From Podarcis filfolensis (taxonomy: Eukaryota): a DNA stretch of 64,000 nt. Where the stretch lies: NCBI GenBank assembly GCA_964270895.1, contig OZ185444.1. One strand, given 5' to 3'. The position numbers and the translations under genes were made by a program. A model generated the notes under the pieces. That model was not told the origin of the DNA, ran no database searches, and saw nothing but the letters and a program-made list of their open reading frames with translations. Shown here piece after piece: positions 37,939 through 51,690 of this stretch. Within the stretch, counting starts at the first letter, position 1. Each line of letters opens with the position of its first letter.

Positions 37939-38779
37939 GGGATGGAAAAAGCCTGGTCCTAAACTCTTAATTCATTTCAGAACAGCAAACCCTGTGAAAT
38001 GACATAAGGAAATGGACTTTGTGACTTACTTGTTGGGCAGATTATTATTTTATTTACTGTTGTACACTGGTCTATCTGGTAATGGCTAATATATTTATAT
38101 GAAAATAGCATCAGTAGAGGCTTCCCTTCTCTACTGGTGCCACAATTAATATACAGCAACGTACTCTGTGTGTAAAATATAGCACTCCTCCTGAAATTAA
38201 TATGTATTATAAAAGGAACAGTCTTAACACATGGGGTAGATCAAACTGTAAATACAATTTACAAGAAAATATACATTTCACTGCATATGTTTTTTGCACC
38301 CCACATCTTATAATCTTGTTCTCAGTTCAATGAAATTTTCAGACTGTGGGTAAACACTATTGTTTGATTTTTTTTAAGGGTTTGTGTTTGAGCTGAGACA
38401 CCTTTCTATCCTTTTATGTGTTTGCATTGATGTACAATAATAGGTGGTGAAAGGCTGCTGCTACACTGATGCTTTAATCATAATGTATACTTCACCAACA
38501 CAAGAGTAAGAATATGAGAGCTGCTGTTGCTTTTGTGCTTTCTAACTGCAGGTCACTGTTCTGTAGTTCTTTTATGGAGAGAAAAAAATGAATGTATTAA
38601 AACACTGAAAATATGATCCCTATACAAATATGCTACATTACATTAATTTCTTACTACCTTAAGAGGTTTGTATTTGGCTGAGGTCTGAATTCAGTTAAAC
38701 TACTGCTCCTGAAATGAGATTAGAGAAATTCATGTAGAATAAAGATATCATCGTTGGCTGCTAGTCTTGTCATCTATAT

Positions 38780-38935
38780 ACTGCCTTCGGGTTCAGAGGC
38801 AAACCAGTTGCTGGAGATCAACAGACACTATTTTCCACATGGCCAGGTTGTGGGCTGCTCATATGCATCTGTTTGGACACTGTGGTACTGGAATTCTGGA
38901 ACAGATAGCCCTATGATCTTATCCAGCAGGACTCA
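38780..38935 (+). mobile_element. Degenerate CR1-like LINE 3' fragment
   Basis: AGAGGC..CCAGTTGCTGG..GTGGGCTGCTCATATGCATCTGTTTGGACACTGTG..ATCCAGCAGG resembles the squamate CR1 3' end. Confidence 0.5.
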
Positions 38936-39012
38936 TATTCTCATTTTATTTCTTTTCTTGAAGAATTATGCACTTGAAATGGACATGCACATGCATGTCT
39001 AATTTACAGGTT

Positions 39013-39553
39013 GTTGTTGTTTAGTCATTTAGTCATGTCCGACTCTTCTTGACCCCATGGACCAGAGCACACCAGGCACTTCTGTCTTCTGCTGCCTCCA
39101 GCAGTTTGGTCAAACTCATGTTAGTGGCTTCGAGAACACTGTCCAACCATCTCGTCCTCTGTCGCCCCCTTCTCCTTGTGCCCTCAGTCTTTCCCAACAT
39201 CAGGGTCTTTTCCAGGGAGTCTTCTCTTCTCATGAGGTGGCCAAAGTATTGGAGCCTCAGCTTCAGGATCTGTCCTTCCAGTGAGCACTCAGGGCTGATT
39301 TCCTTCAGAATGGATAGGTTTGATCTTCTTGCAGTCCATGGGACTCTCAAGAGTCTCCTCCAGCACCATAATTCAAAAGCATCAATTCTTTGGCGACCAG
39401 CCTTCTTTATGGTCCAGCTCTCATTTCCATACATCACTACTGGGAAAACCATAGCTTTCACTATACGGACCTTTGTTGGCAAGGTGATGTCTCTGCTTTT
39501 TAAGATGCTGTCTAGGTTTGTCATTGCTTTTCTCCCAAGAAGCAGGTGTCTTT
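39013..39553 (-). mobile_element. Bov-B LINE 3' fragment
   Basis: ORF 39033-39524: TNLDSILKSRDITLPTKVRIVKAMVFPVVMYG..; 13-bp TSD TAATTTACAGGTT (39000-39012, 39554-39566). Confidence 0.95.
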
Positions 39554-41634
39554 TAATTTACAGGTTACTATGCTCTATTATTCCATTGCAGTATACCCAC
39601 TTGGCTGAAATTGCAAATATGTGTGCTGTAGCATCTATGTTAAATACTGTGTTATGGATATTTAATTGAAGTACAACTGTACACTACTCCTTCAAGAATT
39701 TTTGTCAGAGTATATTTAAATCATATATTGCATTAAATCAAAACGTTCTGGAATGTTTTCTTTTCTATTGCCTGATTAAACTAAAAACGAGTGTGAAAAA
39801 GAGTTTGCATAACTTCTTAAACATATCACTTTGCATTTTTATACATATAAAGTTGTGTTAGCAATGGTGATTTTACAATGCTTTATATGTAATGCTTTAT
39901 AGTAAAAGCATGTTTTGCAGCTTGTGTAGTACTTTGAAAATGTTTTGTGGATTAAGCAGTTTTAACTAGGGACAAAGCCAGAAACCTCATTATGTAGTCT
40001 TCAGAATTGACTTGAAATTGATAACTAAAGCAATAGCTAAAGAGCAGAAACACAGAACGTGATTTCATGTGCTGCCGCGGCAAATGTGCTGGACATCTAA
40101 TCTGTCCCCTGTTCTAAAACACAATATACAATACCTAAAAGCACCATGAGGAATGCTTAACCACCCATCACTTTGATCCACTGTTATCTGGACACTAGGG
40201 TTGGTGAAGTTCAACCAAAGGTCATTTATATAGAGAGCACCCCGTATTCCTTTTTGTGGGATGAATTTTACTTGTTTACAAATGCAAACAAATGTAAACA
40301 GCAAGCTTGGAGGAATGTGGCTACCACACTTCTGTTGAACCCATTCCCAATTTTGCTACTAACACCCAGCAGGAAAAGTTGCCTGTGTCCAGGAAGTGTT
40401 AAATACCTCGTTTTGTATGGTCCTAGACACCTTGATGGAGATGGTTCCACTGAAGAAATCCTCCATAGATCCTGAGGACTTTAATAATTATCAGCTGCTT
40501 GTGAATAACCTCTTTTTGAAGAAGATCCTTGAATATGTAGTTGCTATGAAACACCAGACTCTCTGAGATAAAATTGATCATCCAAATCAATTTGAGTCTC
40601 GCTTCCCTGTCCCACTTTTTAAACTTGTTTTATCTTCAACGTTTCTTCCCTTCCATTAAGTTATAAAATGGTAATTTTGATCCATCTTCATACTGCTTTC
40701 TGAATATCATACTTCCACTGAATAAAGCTTTATGTTAATATATTTGCTCACTTTTCATAATATAGAAGGAGGTCCCCGGTAAACAGGCAATATTTTTATT
40801 AGATAACTCTCAGTAAAACCATCGGAGAGGGCTAAATATTACTCAGCCATCACAAAATGGTGGTGGGTGGTGGTAGTGTTTATTTCAGTAATTCCCAGCT
40901 GAGTATGACAGTCCTCTATTGCTCTCTAAACCCTCTGTAAAATTTCCCAAAAGTTTTGCTGTAGTAATTTCCTTTGGGGTGGCAGAAGCAGGTGGTGGGG
41001 TATTATTAGGAGGGAGCAGGGCAATAGTGAGACTGGGGTGGTTTGGGCACACCAGAGAAGCCAATCTTGTCATTCCTGCTCATTGTCGCAGTACATGGCA
41101 GCAATGCCATTGCCAAAGGCTTGATTCATGATTCTACCCATCTGTGCCAGCTGCTACTGCAGCAAGGAGTTCCTGTTTCTTTAAGAACTCCTGAATGGAG
41201 AGAAAACATTGCTGACTCTCCGCCAGAAGCAAATAACATAAAAGTCAAGGTGGGGAAAGGCTGTAAATAAAGAATAAACTGTGTTTCGCCTTTAAAAAAT
41301 AAAGTCAGCCTAATGCCTGTTGCAATATTTATACAAGCATGTGATAACGAGGGAATCAGCTTATAATGAATCTAAATATTAAAAAGAAGGTTGCAAACAT
41401 CTGAAAGCTAGAAAGTACAGCTTTGCACAGAATCTATACAATTCAAAAACTTGTTAAGTTCAGATTCTATTCTGATGACATGCTTGTACGGCATACATAG
41501 CAAAAATGCATTTTGCCACTGTAGTTTTTAGGTTGGCTTTATAAACAGGAGGTAAATATTCTTTATTCACAACTTATTTACATTGACTCTTGCCTTGTTT
41601 TTTTTCCTTAAGAACCTCTTCCCTGTTCCTTGTA

Positions 41635-41842
41635 CAGTGGTACCTTGGTTTAAGAACAGCCCTGTTTCTGAACTATTCGGTTCACGAACTCCGCAAAACC
41701 GGATGTAGTGTCCTGGTTTGCGAACTTTACCTTGGTCTAAGAACGGAAGCCGAACAGTGGAAGGGCACTGGCAGCGGGAGAACTCATTAGGGAAAACACG
41801 CCTTGGTTTAAGAATGGTTTCAGTTTAAGAACGGACTTCTGG
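41635..41842. mobile_element. Truncated pogo/Tigger-like MITE (inverse of the 10526 copy)
   Basis: TA|CAGTGGTACCTTGG left TIR; body matches the reverse complement of 10560-10766; right TIR missing. Confidence 0.8.
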
Positions 41843-41991
41843 TGCTCTATGTTGTACAGTGGTGATCTGATCTGAAATAAATGTAAGTTGCAGGCGATGT
41901 GCCCCTTGAATGACTCTAAATTCTGCTAGCATCCATCTTTGAACAGTCAGTCTTGCAAGCAGTTACGGAGAACACTCTCTCACACACTTGG

Positions 41992-42048
<57 letters not shown>
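41992..42048. repeat. Compound (GT)n(GA)n microsatellite
   Basis: Read directly from the sequence. Confidence 0.95.
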
Positions 42049-42054
<6 letters not shown>

Positions 42055-43333
42055 GCTTTAAACACATCTCAGCAAGTCCCTTAAAGCTGGCTTTTAAGCC
42101 ACTCTGTCCGCACTCTGAGAAGCTATTTTTAAACCTTAATGGAAACTATTGAGCATGGTGATGAAAAACATGGAAAGCAATGTGGAAGTGATATTTAGAA
42201 CTCTGCTTCCAATGAGAAAACAACCATATTTCTTTCTTAGACTCCCCCCGCCCCCTGCACCTACCATTTTATATAGCCAATATATCAGGGTTATAGTTCA
42301 ACTGAGACCCAAACATTTTCTATGTTTCATTTCCTATGAGAGTTAGTGTAGCACAGCAAAAAAATACTGAGTTGGGAATCAACAAGTTCGGATTTTATCT
42401 GCCATGGAGTTGGTGAGTGGACTTAAAAAGTCTTTCTCCGTTTGCTTTAGCCCCACGTCAGTAATAAGGCGATAAAAATTCTGACCTGAATTATATGGTT
42501 GTAGTAAGGATTTCTTAACGTTTACATATGTGAAGCACTTTGATGTGTTCAAAGTGCTACATAACCACTATTCACTATTACTAATACTATGACATGCTTC
42601 TCTTGAGAAACTAAGATAGTGAATAAGAGCTTATTTCAGTCGCTCCTAACAGTCATGAATGCAACTCATCAGTTTGTTTTCTTGTCCCCTCTTCTCTGAG
42701 GTTGTTTGTTACATATTCATTGTGTATTACCCTGATTCCATTTCTTCTTGCAATATTTTTGAGGCAAGGAGCAGCTCTTCCAGTTGTATTGAATAATGCT
42801 AAATATAAAAGTGGATTGCATGGCTGGACACCAATAAAATAATGCAAATGTTTTGTGGTGATGAATAGAATACTCGTGATTGAAGCTTTCTAAACAGATA
42901 TATTAGTTATTAAAATTGTCCAATTTTCCTCTGCAGGAAAATGAAAATGTATCTTTATACAAGTACCGTATGGAAATCTAAGATTTGCATGATAGCATGT
43001 AGGATGAACATGGATTTGTGTTGTGTTTTTAGGCTGCAAATGCATTTCATTGGTTGGTGGTTCATGCCCTGTGCTCTCTGTCTTGTTTCCTATACCAGCT
43101 CTGAATGTTTCTGCCTTCTTTCTGGTATGCCATTTGTGATTCACTGTGGCTGGAAGGGACTAGCCCATTTTCACAGTGCTAAATGTGCATAAATAAGGTT
43201 CCGTTTACGCTTGAGAATTCTGTGCCATAGATTTGTCTTGGACATTTCCTCAGCATTTCCTATCTGTAATATGGGATGAATATTTTCTAGATTAGCTATG
43301 AGATGCCAAGTTCTCTAACAGTATGCTATATTT

Positions 43334-43371
<38 letters not shown>

Positions 43372-43377
43372 GAGAGA
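43334..43377. repeat. (GA)n/(GACA)n microsatellite
   Basis: Read directly from the sequence. Confidence 0.9.
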
Positions 43378-43443
43378 TTTCACCTGAGTTGAGTTCTGTG
43401 TTTGCTGTTTTGAATTATCAGCTCTTGAGGAATATGGGACAGG

Positions 43444-43882
43444 CAGGGCCGGATTTAAGTTTGATGAGGCCCTAAGCTACGTAAGGTAATGGGGCCCTTT
43501 GTATATCCAGCTGTCCTTTGTCAACAACAAACTGTTGCTGTTTTTGTTGTTGTTGTTGAATATATGCTATATGGTAATTTATGGACCTAATAGGTATCTA
43601 AAGCCATTTGCACATGCAGAATGTAGGCACCCTATATATAGAAATGAGCAAACCAGTGATATTTTAGGGAGCAGGCTAGCAGGCGGGGCCCATTACTTAC
43701 ATCATAGGAGCCTACACAACACAAAACACTGTTGCTGTATGTAGGTTTTATTTTATTTGGTTTTTATCTTATATTTTGGAAATGTACATCTAGGTTTTTC
43801 CCCCTCTAATTTTTTGGGGGGACCCCAAGAGAGTGGGGCCCAAAGCTATAGCTTGTTTAGCTTTTTTGTAAATCTGGCACTG
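43444..43882. mobile_element. Non-autonomous TIR DNA transposon
   Basis: Imperfect TIRs CAGGGCCGGATTTA / TAAATCTGGCACTG. No convincing TSD, so the superfamily is uncertain. Confidence 0.6.
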
Positions 43883-45105
43883 AGCAGTACTAATAGCCAC
43901 GAACTGCTGTTCACTGAGATGTTCTGCGTAAGCCCGCAACAGTGGCAGTGAAGCATCAGTTCAGTCTGCTCAAAATCAACAAAGTGTAGGGACAAAAGGT
44001 TTTGTGAAAGAGCCCTTTGACAAATGATAAATGATTCCAAACCGTGAGTGTGAGGGCATGGGCAGAAGTGACTCACCTGGTGGAGCAGAACCAAGCCAGT
44101 AGCTTCCAGGTAGATGTGCGGCTGCTTCTTACCAGGAGGGAGAAGGGAAAGGACATGGCAAGGCAGAAGATGCTCTGGTGGTACCAATCTGGTGCTTCTA
44201 CCAGTGCATCATCATCACCTCTCTTGCCCTCCCACATTTGCTGGTGAGCTGGCTTTGCCACCAGGCTGTATTGCCATTTCAAATCTCATGTTTAGTCGTC
44301 AAAGGGCCGTGTCCTAATTGATAAAAACCTGGAGCAACTTCTTAAGTTTTTGAGGTAATTAGGTAATTCACGGTGAATCAAATATGTCAATGTTTGCCGT
44401 TTACACAGTCTGTTGGTGAATCGTTTTCTACAAAATAAATCTGGAGGGAGAACTCCTGAAATGTCATGATGAGATATTTCTAAATAAAGACAACGCTTTC
44501 TCAATTTTGGAAATGGGAGTATGATGTTAATTCATAGATTTGTTTGCTTCTCTTTACTTTTTGAATATGAGGCATTACCAAAATAGTGCTTTGCTGTGAT
44601 ATGGACATTCGTATATAAAACTATTTAGCTGGCACCAATTCTCACAGTTTAATTCCTACAGATCTAATGCACCCAAGTCAAAGAACGTTGCATCATGTGT
44701 ACGTAAAGCTGGTAAAGCCTCCCTATTTTTCAGTTGCATGTTTTGAGGAAATATGCATTTAATTCATATTGTCTGGAAATGATCAGAAGAAACTTGATCA
44801 TCTATCATCTCCTGGCTGATGGGGAATCATATTGGTATTTTAGTGATCTCTGTCAAAACTTTGGTTAACTACTCCCAACACATATGACATTTACATTTAA
44901 AGATAGAAAATAGTGTACAGTATAAATAGTTTGTACATGGTAGATGTCTATGTTTCCATAGGTTTTCAAATCCGTTAGAACTCTTCATCATTGATTGCCT
45001 CTAATATTATTGCACAAATTAATGATCTGATTGGAAAATGTTCAACTCAGTGGGGATCTTAATCTTTCAGTCCTTCTTTTGCCTCTTACTTAAAAGTGCA
45101 AACAT

Positions 45106-45922
45106 TGTTGTGTGTCGAGGTCCCCAGGGCCACCCCAATAACTCACACATCACACCAAATTTTTGTTTAAGGTTTTTGGCATTATTTTGGCCACAACTTT
45201 ATTAAAATACAAACATGTGAGTGGTTGCTTAGGCATTGGTTGCGACTAGCTGCCCCCACCATGGGGGACAGTCTGACATTCTGCACACCTGTGAAAGTCA
45301 GAAAAGGGGAATACACTTGGGGATAGCGACGGAGCAGGGAACCTGCCCTCAGCCCACCCCAAATGCAGCCAGGAGCTCTTGCAGTGGCCTGAGCCCCTTG
45401 ACAGGGTGGACAAGCAATAGTTAGCCCCTGATTCCTTTAACGGAATCCCTTGCAGCAGCAGCATTAGAGGGGCAGGCACAGCCAATCCATGCCCCTCAAC
45501 CAACCAAACCACAAACCAATGCCTAACCGCAACCTTACAAGTTGTGACGATTTGCTACGCAGTAGGCAAAAACCAACTGGCCCAGCCAATCAGCCAGATG
45601 GACAAAATTCCTACCGGGCCCCTGCCCCAAGAGCAGATGATCCCATGACAGGCATAGCAAGGTCAAGCGAACAACCCTAATTCTAAGTGGGGGGGAGATG
45701 GGCAATCCAATGCACGGGCGAAAAGAGGAAGCCCTAGCCTCGTGCAAGGAGTTTTAGCATTTCTGGCTGTCAATCAACAAATGGCAACATTAACTTCCTC
45801 CCAACGACAAGGGAAGCTCAATCGCATCAGTGGCCAACAGTCAGTTAGCCTGCCCCACAACTTTGGAGTGTCCTGGCGGCCCCCACCGCAACACGTGCTC
45901 TCCATGAAGGAGAACACGCTTT
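45106..45922 (-). mobile_element. LTR-like element, copy B
   Basis: Highly similar to copy A; homology stops at the same two ends. Confidence 0.8.
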
Positions 45923-48153
45923 ACCATTTCAGATCATAGAAACCTTATTCTCCCATTGCTTCTTTAATTCTGCCCCCCCCCCCGATTCAGTCTCATATAG
46001 TATACATGCTTTTCTTCTCCTGCTCCCCTTCCACTCCACCCTAAATATATATCCTGTCTTCTTTGTTCAGCGACTTTTTTCTGGTGTAGGACTCTGTTGT
46101 GGGGGGGGGGGGAAATGGTGTGAAGATAAAATGCAGGCAAAATAAAATGAAGCGCAAGGAAGTGATTCAAATGACGTGCTTGCCTGAAGCTCTTCAAAGG
46201 CTAGGTGGAATTTTAGGAGGTAAATTGTAACGAACATTGTCAGGCCGGCAGCCTGCAGGTTCCATCTTTTTCTCCTGGTGAAAAGGAAGACACCTGCATC
46301 TCAAGCTGTGCCCTAGTAATAATCAAATATGTTGCCACTGCCACTCACAATAATGCTTTGGGAAGAAAAGCAGAATGAGGTACTAAGGCTTTAATGTGCT
46401 AAAGGTAATTAGCACCTTATTGGGAGGCATGTTGGCCCTTGGATAGGAAATTACCTTTAATTCAACGTTCAGATGTAGGATAAATGTATACACAATTCCT
46501 GCTTGCTTAAAACGAGAGTTTGCAAAGGAACAGGAATACAGTTCCTTACTGTTTGCTAGTGGAAGATTACCGGCAAAGGTTTCAGTGCATTGAGATTGCT
46601 AATGCTGATATTACAAACAATGATGTGTGGTTAGTGGGATTTCCTGGCTTAGCGCAGGGAAGTTCTGTTTTATTTCCTTTTCTTTCTTTTTTTGCAATTC
46701 TTTTTTTAAATTTTTTTTTAAAGTTTGTGTGACAGAAAAAGAAGTAAAAACTAGAAAAAAACTTACAACCACAATCATTCAAAATAATTCAAATTACAAA
46801 TACAATTACTTTACTTTTATATCACATTCTCAATAATTTTCCAAATACCACCCTCTACTGTTTTATTTCCTTTTCTTACTGGATGAGCTGTACTTCAGGT
46901 CCTTCTTGCTTTTCTCCTTCACTTCTGTTTTCTACGTTGTGTTATTAATTAGAAGAAGATTTATAAACAAGAGGAAGGCAAGTGTAAGTAATTGATTGTG
47001 GCCAATTAATGTAATCAATGCAAGTGTCTCTTTCTTTGCTAACTATTAAAGGGCATCATAAGGGACAATGAATCACTGCGCTAAGTTTCTTCTATTGTTT
47101 CTATGTTAACACTGCATATGAACTGCATTACAACTAGCCCATAATCGTAAGGTTACGGGATACACTATGTTTCTACACAATGGGCAAAACAATAGCAGAA
47201 AAATCCAATCTCTCTTAGCTATAACACACAGCGGCAATGTATGTGAAGTTTCAAGAATGGCATTTGGTGAAGTAAAATTCCATGTGGCATGCAGAAGGAG
47301 ATACAGAGAAGGGCGCTAGCACTGAATCTTTAAATAAGCAAAGCAGTCTGCTAAAGTTGAGCATGTCATATGAGGCTACAGTAAGTGTAGAGAACAACCC
47401 TTAAGGTAATCTCTAAGTAAGTCCCCTGACTATACTCCTCACCTGTAGCAGCACGTCCATCTGCCTGTTTCTTCTGAAGAAGAGAGTGTGAGTCTTTTTA
47501 GAAGCTACCTACAACCCCTGTTGATTTATTCCTGTTCTCAGTATCAAAGGGAACTGCATACTCTGATCCATCCTAGCTCTGTCAGTTCCTTCTGCTTCTC
47601 ACATTTCATAAGAAAGCTGCTTGTCCTGTATGCCACATTCTCATTCCTCATACGCTTGATGTCGTGTGTACAAGCTGGCTTGCAAATTCTTGGAGTAAAT
47701 TGGTTTTAGGAGTTGCTGGATCACTCTGTCTCTCCTCTCAAAGGCTGTATCTTTTCAAATCGACCTTCTGATGTTGAGGATCAAAAACCCAGAATTTATC
47801 AATCGGACTTGGACAGGACACCTACTATTTCATTGCACCTCATTAATATGCTTTGCTGTGAGAAAGATGTTAAAACATGTCAATGGAGACCTGTATATAG
47901 TTGTCTTTTGGCTGTCTCCCAATTCACCATGCCTGACTGATGCAGCAAGAGTACAGACTTGAAAAGCAAGGTCCTGGTTTAAACTGAAAATGTCACAAGT
48001 TGCTCCACCATGCACTTGCAGTTCTTCACCACAAAATCAGGTTGGAGACGGATCTCTAATTGGCCTAACTCAGCAAAGTTTAGTGAAGATGACAATAATT
48101 AAGGATCAAAGTTGCAAAAACATGAATCAGCATGATAATATCTCTGCCCTCCA

Positions 48154-48410
48154 AGAAGGAAGAAGAAGAAGAGTTTGGATTTGGTATCCCACTTTATCAC
48201 TATCTGAAGGAGTTTCAAAGCAGCTAACATTCTCCTTTCCCTTCCTCCCCCACAACAAACACTCTGTGAGGTGAGTGGGGCTGAGAGACTTCAAAGAAGT
48301 ATGACTAGCCCAAGGTCACCCAGCAGCTGCATGTGGAGGAGCGGGGACACGAACCCGGTTCACCAGATTATGAGTCTACCGCTCTTAACCACTACACCAC
48401 ACTGGCTCTC
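48154..48410 (-). mobile_element. tRNA-derived SINE with L2-like 3' end
   Basis: Reverse complement of the 8543/51437 family; (GAA)n on the + strand is the tail. Confidence 0.88.
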
Positions 48411-48469
48411 TAAATTTACATAACATAAAAGGAATTTACATAACAGAGGTAATTGAGAGAAAGCTGATC

Positions 48470-48770
48470 TCGAAACCACAGCAACGTGCATATTAAAAAC
48501 ATATAAGATTCAGAATGATACCCAAGACTGTGAACCTGTATTGATGTGGTGACAAGCACCCCACTGATAATTAGCAAAGTTAACTGATCCAGGGTACACA
48601 GATTTCTCAGCGACACTGCCTCCATTTTTTTTAAAAATGGATTTTGTTTTAGTCTGTTCAACCTCATCTGTTCAACCACAGATTACAAACTCTAGTTAAG
48701 GGCAGAGATTATAGCTGTGCCGACTAGAAATCCAAACCTGAACATCCTGATTGATTTCCAAGAATTTCAG
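48470..48770 (-). mobile_element. Ancient L2-like RT fragment
   Basis: ORF 48416-48679: MRLNRLKQNP..KME..SGVLVTTSIQVHSLG loosely resembles L2 RT (WMRANKLKLNPDKTE..DGVALPL..QVRSLGV). Confidence 0.45.
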
Positions 48771-50118
48771 ATGGTGGCTGATCCCTCTCTAGTTTGTGCT
48801 GTACCAAGTGGCACATCTAAAAGCCTCTGCAAAAATCTGGAATGCTCAGTAGTGCTTAGGACCTGTTCCTCCTAGCAGAAACTCCTTTTAAGTAGTGAAT
48901 CACTGGAGGTGCTTGCTGTCAGCTCATTTTCAAGTGTAGTAGTTGAAAGAAACCAACACTGAACATGAAGTGAAACAGTCTATCAACATATCAATCAAAA
49001 TAATAATCAGTGGTGACTGCAAATAGCTGGTTTGTAGACCCCTGACAATTGAAAGGGGAGGTCCACAACTTGCACAGATAACGTTCAAACTGTCAGGTGG
49101 TATCCCCAGTGGAATGCAGATTCCATTGCAATAATAAAAAAGGCAACATCATTCATGTTAGGTAAAATTTAGTATGTGATAAGGCACATTTAACACAAGC
49201 AAAGGCAGTAACATTTGATTATAGGATTACCGCCACAACTAACAATTACAGGTTATCATCATTCAATTGCTAGGTCTGTACCCTGTGAAAATAGATAGAT
49301 CTTAGAGTATCAAACCACTTAGCCAACAAAATCCCTCTCTCATTTGTAGGCCCCTTGACAGCATTGCATGTTAAAGGGCAGCAGTTGATGATTAAACCAG
49401 AATCTGAAATAATTTTCTTTTTATCTTCCATAGAGCATTTGAACCCTACAGCGCAAAATAACCTAGATATTTAAAAGCATACATTTTTAACAGTTAGGTG
49501 TTTTTTTGATCTCTAACAGAATTATCAGCACACTTACCAAACTTCAGTTTCTTAGATTGTTTGTGAGGAGGACAGAACTACACTAAAATAATACTAGTAT
49601 AGTGCATGTAATGGTATGTACTTAGGGCATACCTTGTTGAAGGTCTGTCTGGATTGGAGATCATTTAGTAATTCAATGCTTGCTGCTTCAAGTTTCATGA
49701 TTGAAGAAAGGTGGGATGTAATAAATACATAAGTGGAAGCTCTCTCTTGCTAGAGAGTATATTTAGCCCTGTGCTTTGGCTCTGGAGATCCAGCCAATTC
49801 TTTTATTGATCACCCCACATGGGTGATCTATACAATCTAATTCCCTCCCTCCCCCACTTTTAAAGAAGATTTCTCCTCTTCTGGGCTACCAGCTGCTCAT
49901 TTCCCCATCAGGAGACCAAGAGTAACACTTCGAGAAAATTGGCTGTATGGTAATATAAGAAAAAGAGACACCTCTCTTTTTTAGAATGAAGGATACTGTT
50001 AATGGCCATGACTATTAAGTATACATTGTGGCCACACCTGTATATCTGTAATTTGGACAAGAGGGCCAAAGCAGCATGTACGTAAGGTTATTGCCATTTG
50101 CCCTACCATTTGCCCATC

Positions 50119-50765
50119 TTCTTCTTCTTTGGCGATCACTCGTAGCCGAGTAAGATTGTCTTTCATAAACACAGCTTTAACAGTGAGTCCGTAAGTGACT
50201 GTGGAGGCCAATTCTGGATCCACATGTCCTCCTACAGTGGGGACGTTGGTTTCCGGGTGGGAGTTGATCACAGTGTGGATTTGCCAAGCTTGCCTTCCTC
50301 TTAGCTCATTTCTCGCTTTCACCCTGTGTTCGAGTGTCTTCAAAGCCCATGACACCTTTGGTAAAGGCTGTTCTCCAATTGGAGCGCTCGCAGGCCAATG
50401 TTTCCCAGTTGTTGGTGTTTATACTACATTTTTTTAGATTTGCCTTGAGAGAGTCTTTAAACCTCTTTTGTTGACCACCAGCATTACACTTTCCATTTTT
50501 AAGTTCGGAATAGAGTAGTTGCTTTGGAAGACGATAATCAGGCATCCATACAACATGACCAGTCCAACGAAGTTGATGTTGAAGAATCATTGCTTCAACA
50601 CTGGTGATCTTTGCTTCTTCCAGTACACTGATATTAGTTTGCCTGTCTTCCCAAGTGATGTGTAAAATTTTTCGGAGACACTTTTGATGGAATCTTTCGA
50701 GGAGTTGGAGATGGTGTTTATAAGTGGTCTGTGTTTCACAAGCATACAGTAAGGTTGGTAGTACA
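50119..50765 (-). mobile_element. RTE-clade LINE 3' fragment (non-Bov-B) with (GAA)n tail
   Basis: ORF 50306-50590: ILQHQLRWTGHVVWMPDYRLPKQLLYSELKNG..GGQQKRFKDSLK; TSD ATTTG(C/T)CCATC (50108-50118, 50766-50776). Confidence 0.9.
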
Positions 50766-51436
50766 ATTTGTCCATCAAGATGATTCTGAACATGCTGCAG
50801 TTTTTATTTCGGGGGAACCCCAGCCCAAATCACTGAGGAGATACTTACTCAAGGGGACTGTGTACACTAATCACACAACAATGACAGCCGGCATTATTCT
50901 TCTTTTGTGTGCACCCTTCCTCCTTTCTCTGTGTTACTGTAGGTCTTTCTGAATCTATTTGGTAACACTTCCTTCTTTTGCCTTTCAACTGATGGAATAG
51001 GGTGTGTGCTGTTTTCTCTGCTACCAAGAATACTGTCTCCATATCTGTCACTCCCCTTTTGGTGTTTTCCCACAGATCAGTACTCCTTGTGCCACAGTTT
51101 TTAGTAATCTGTTTCCTCACCCCATAGGTCTCACTGCACCCATCCAGTCTCAAAATCTGTCCCTCTTCTTCAGTTTCTGTGTTTGTTTTGTTAGTTGCCT
51201 CCTCACGGAAGCCTAGTCCCTGTATTTCAGTGTGTATCACTTGTCTGGGTATTCCTGCTGCCTGCAAGGTTGCAATCTCAAAGCAGTGATTCATGCAGAC
51301 CTGCTCCATTTGCCTCTTCTGGGGTGGCATGTTGTGCCCCTCTTTCCATCAGGTTTAAAGGATCCACTCACACCAATGTAGACACAGGCATAATTCGTGC
51401 AGTAGTGGAAAGGGCAGCTGCCTCTCTATGTGGTAT

Positions 51437-51680
51437 GGAACCAGTGTGGTGTAGTGGTTAAGAGCAGTAGACTCGTAATCTGGTGAACCGGGTTCGCGTC
51501 TCCACTCCTCCACATGCAGCTGCTGGGTGACCTTGGGCTAGTCACACTTCTCTGAAGTCTCTCAGCCCCACTCACCTCACAGAGTGTTTGTTATGGGGGA
51601 GGAAGGGAAAGGAGAATATTAGCCGCTTTGAGACTCCTTCAGGTAGTGATAACACGGGATATCAAATCCAAACTCTTCTT
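51437..51680 (+). mobile_element. tRNA-derived SINE with L2-like 3' end
   Basis: Homologous to 8543-8791 and 48154-48410. Confidence 0.88.
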
Positions 51681-51690
51681 ATGTTGATAC

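Noticed and set aside
29422-39669. Similar + strand ORFs (MTPWTRARQALLSSTAS..) at 29.4, 37.6 and 39.0 kb as a gene family
   Set aside because: They are antisense shadow frames of Bov-B copies.
35341-45922. Copies A and B as the paired LTRs of one ~10-kb provirus
   Set aside because: The intervening DNA is host intron with L2, Bov-B and MITE insertions, with no gag/pol, PBS/PPT or outer TSD; B also has an indel relative to A.
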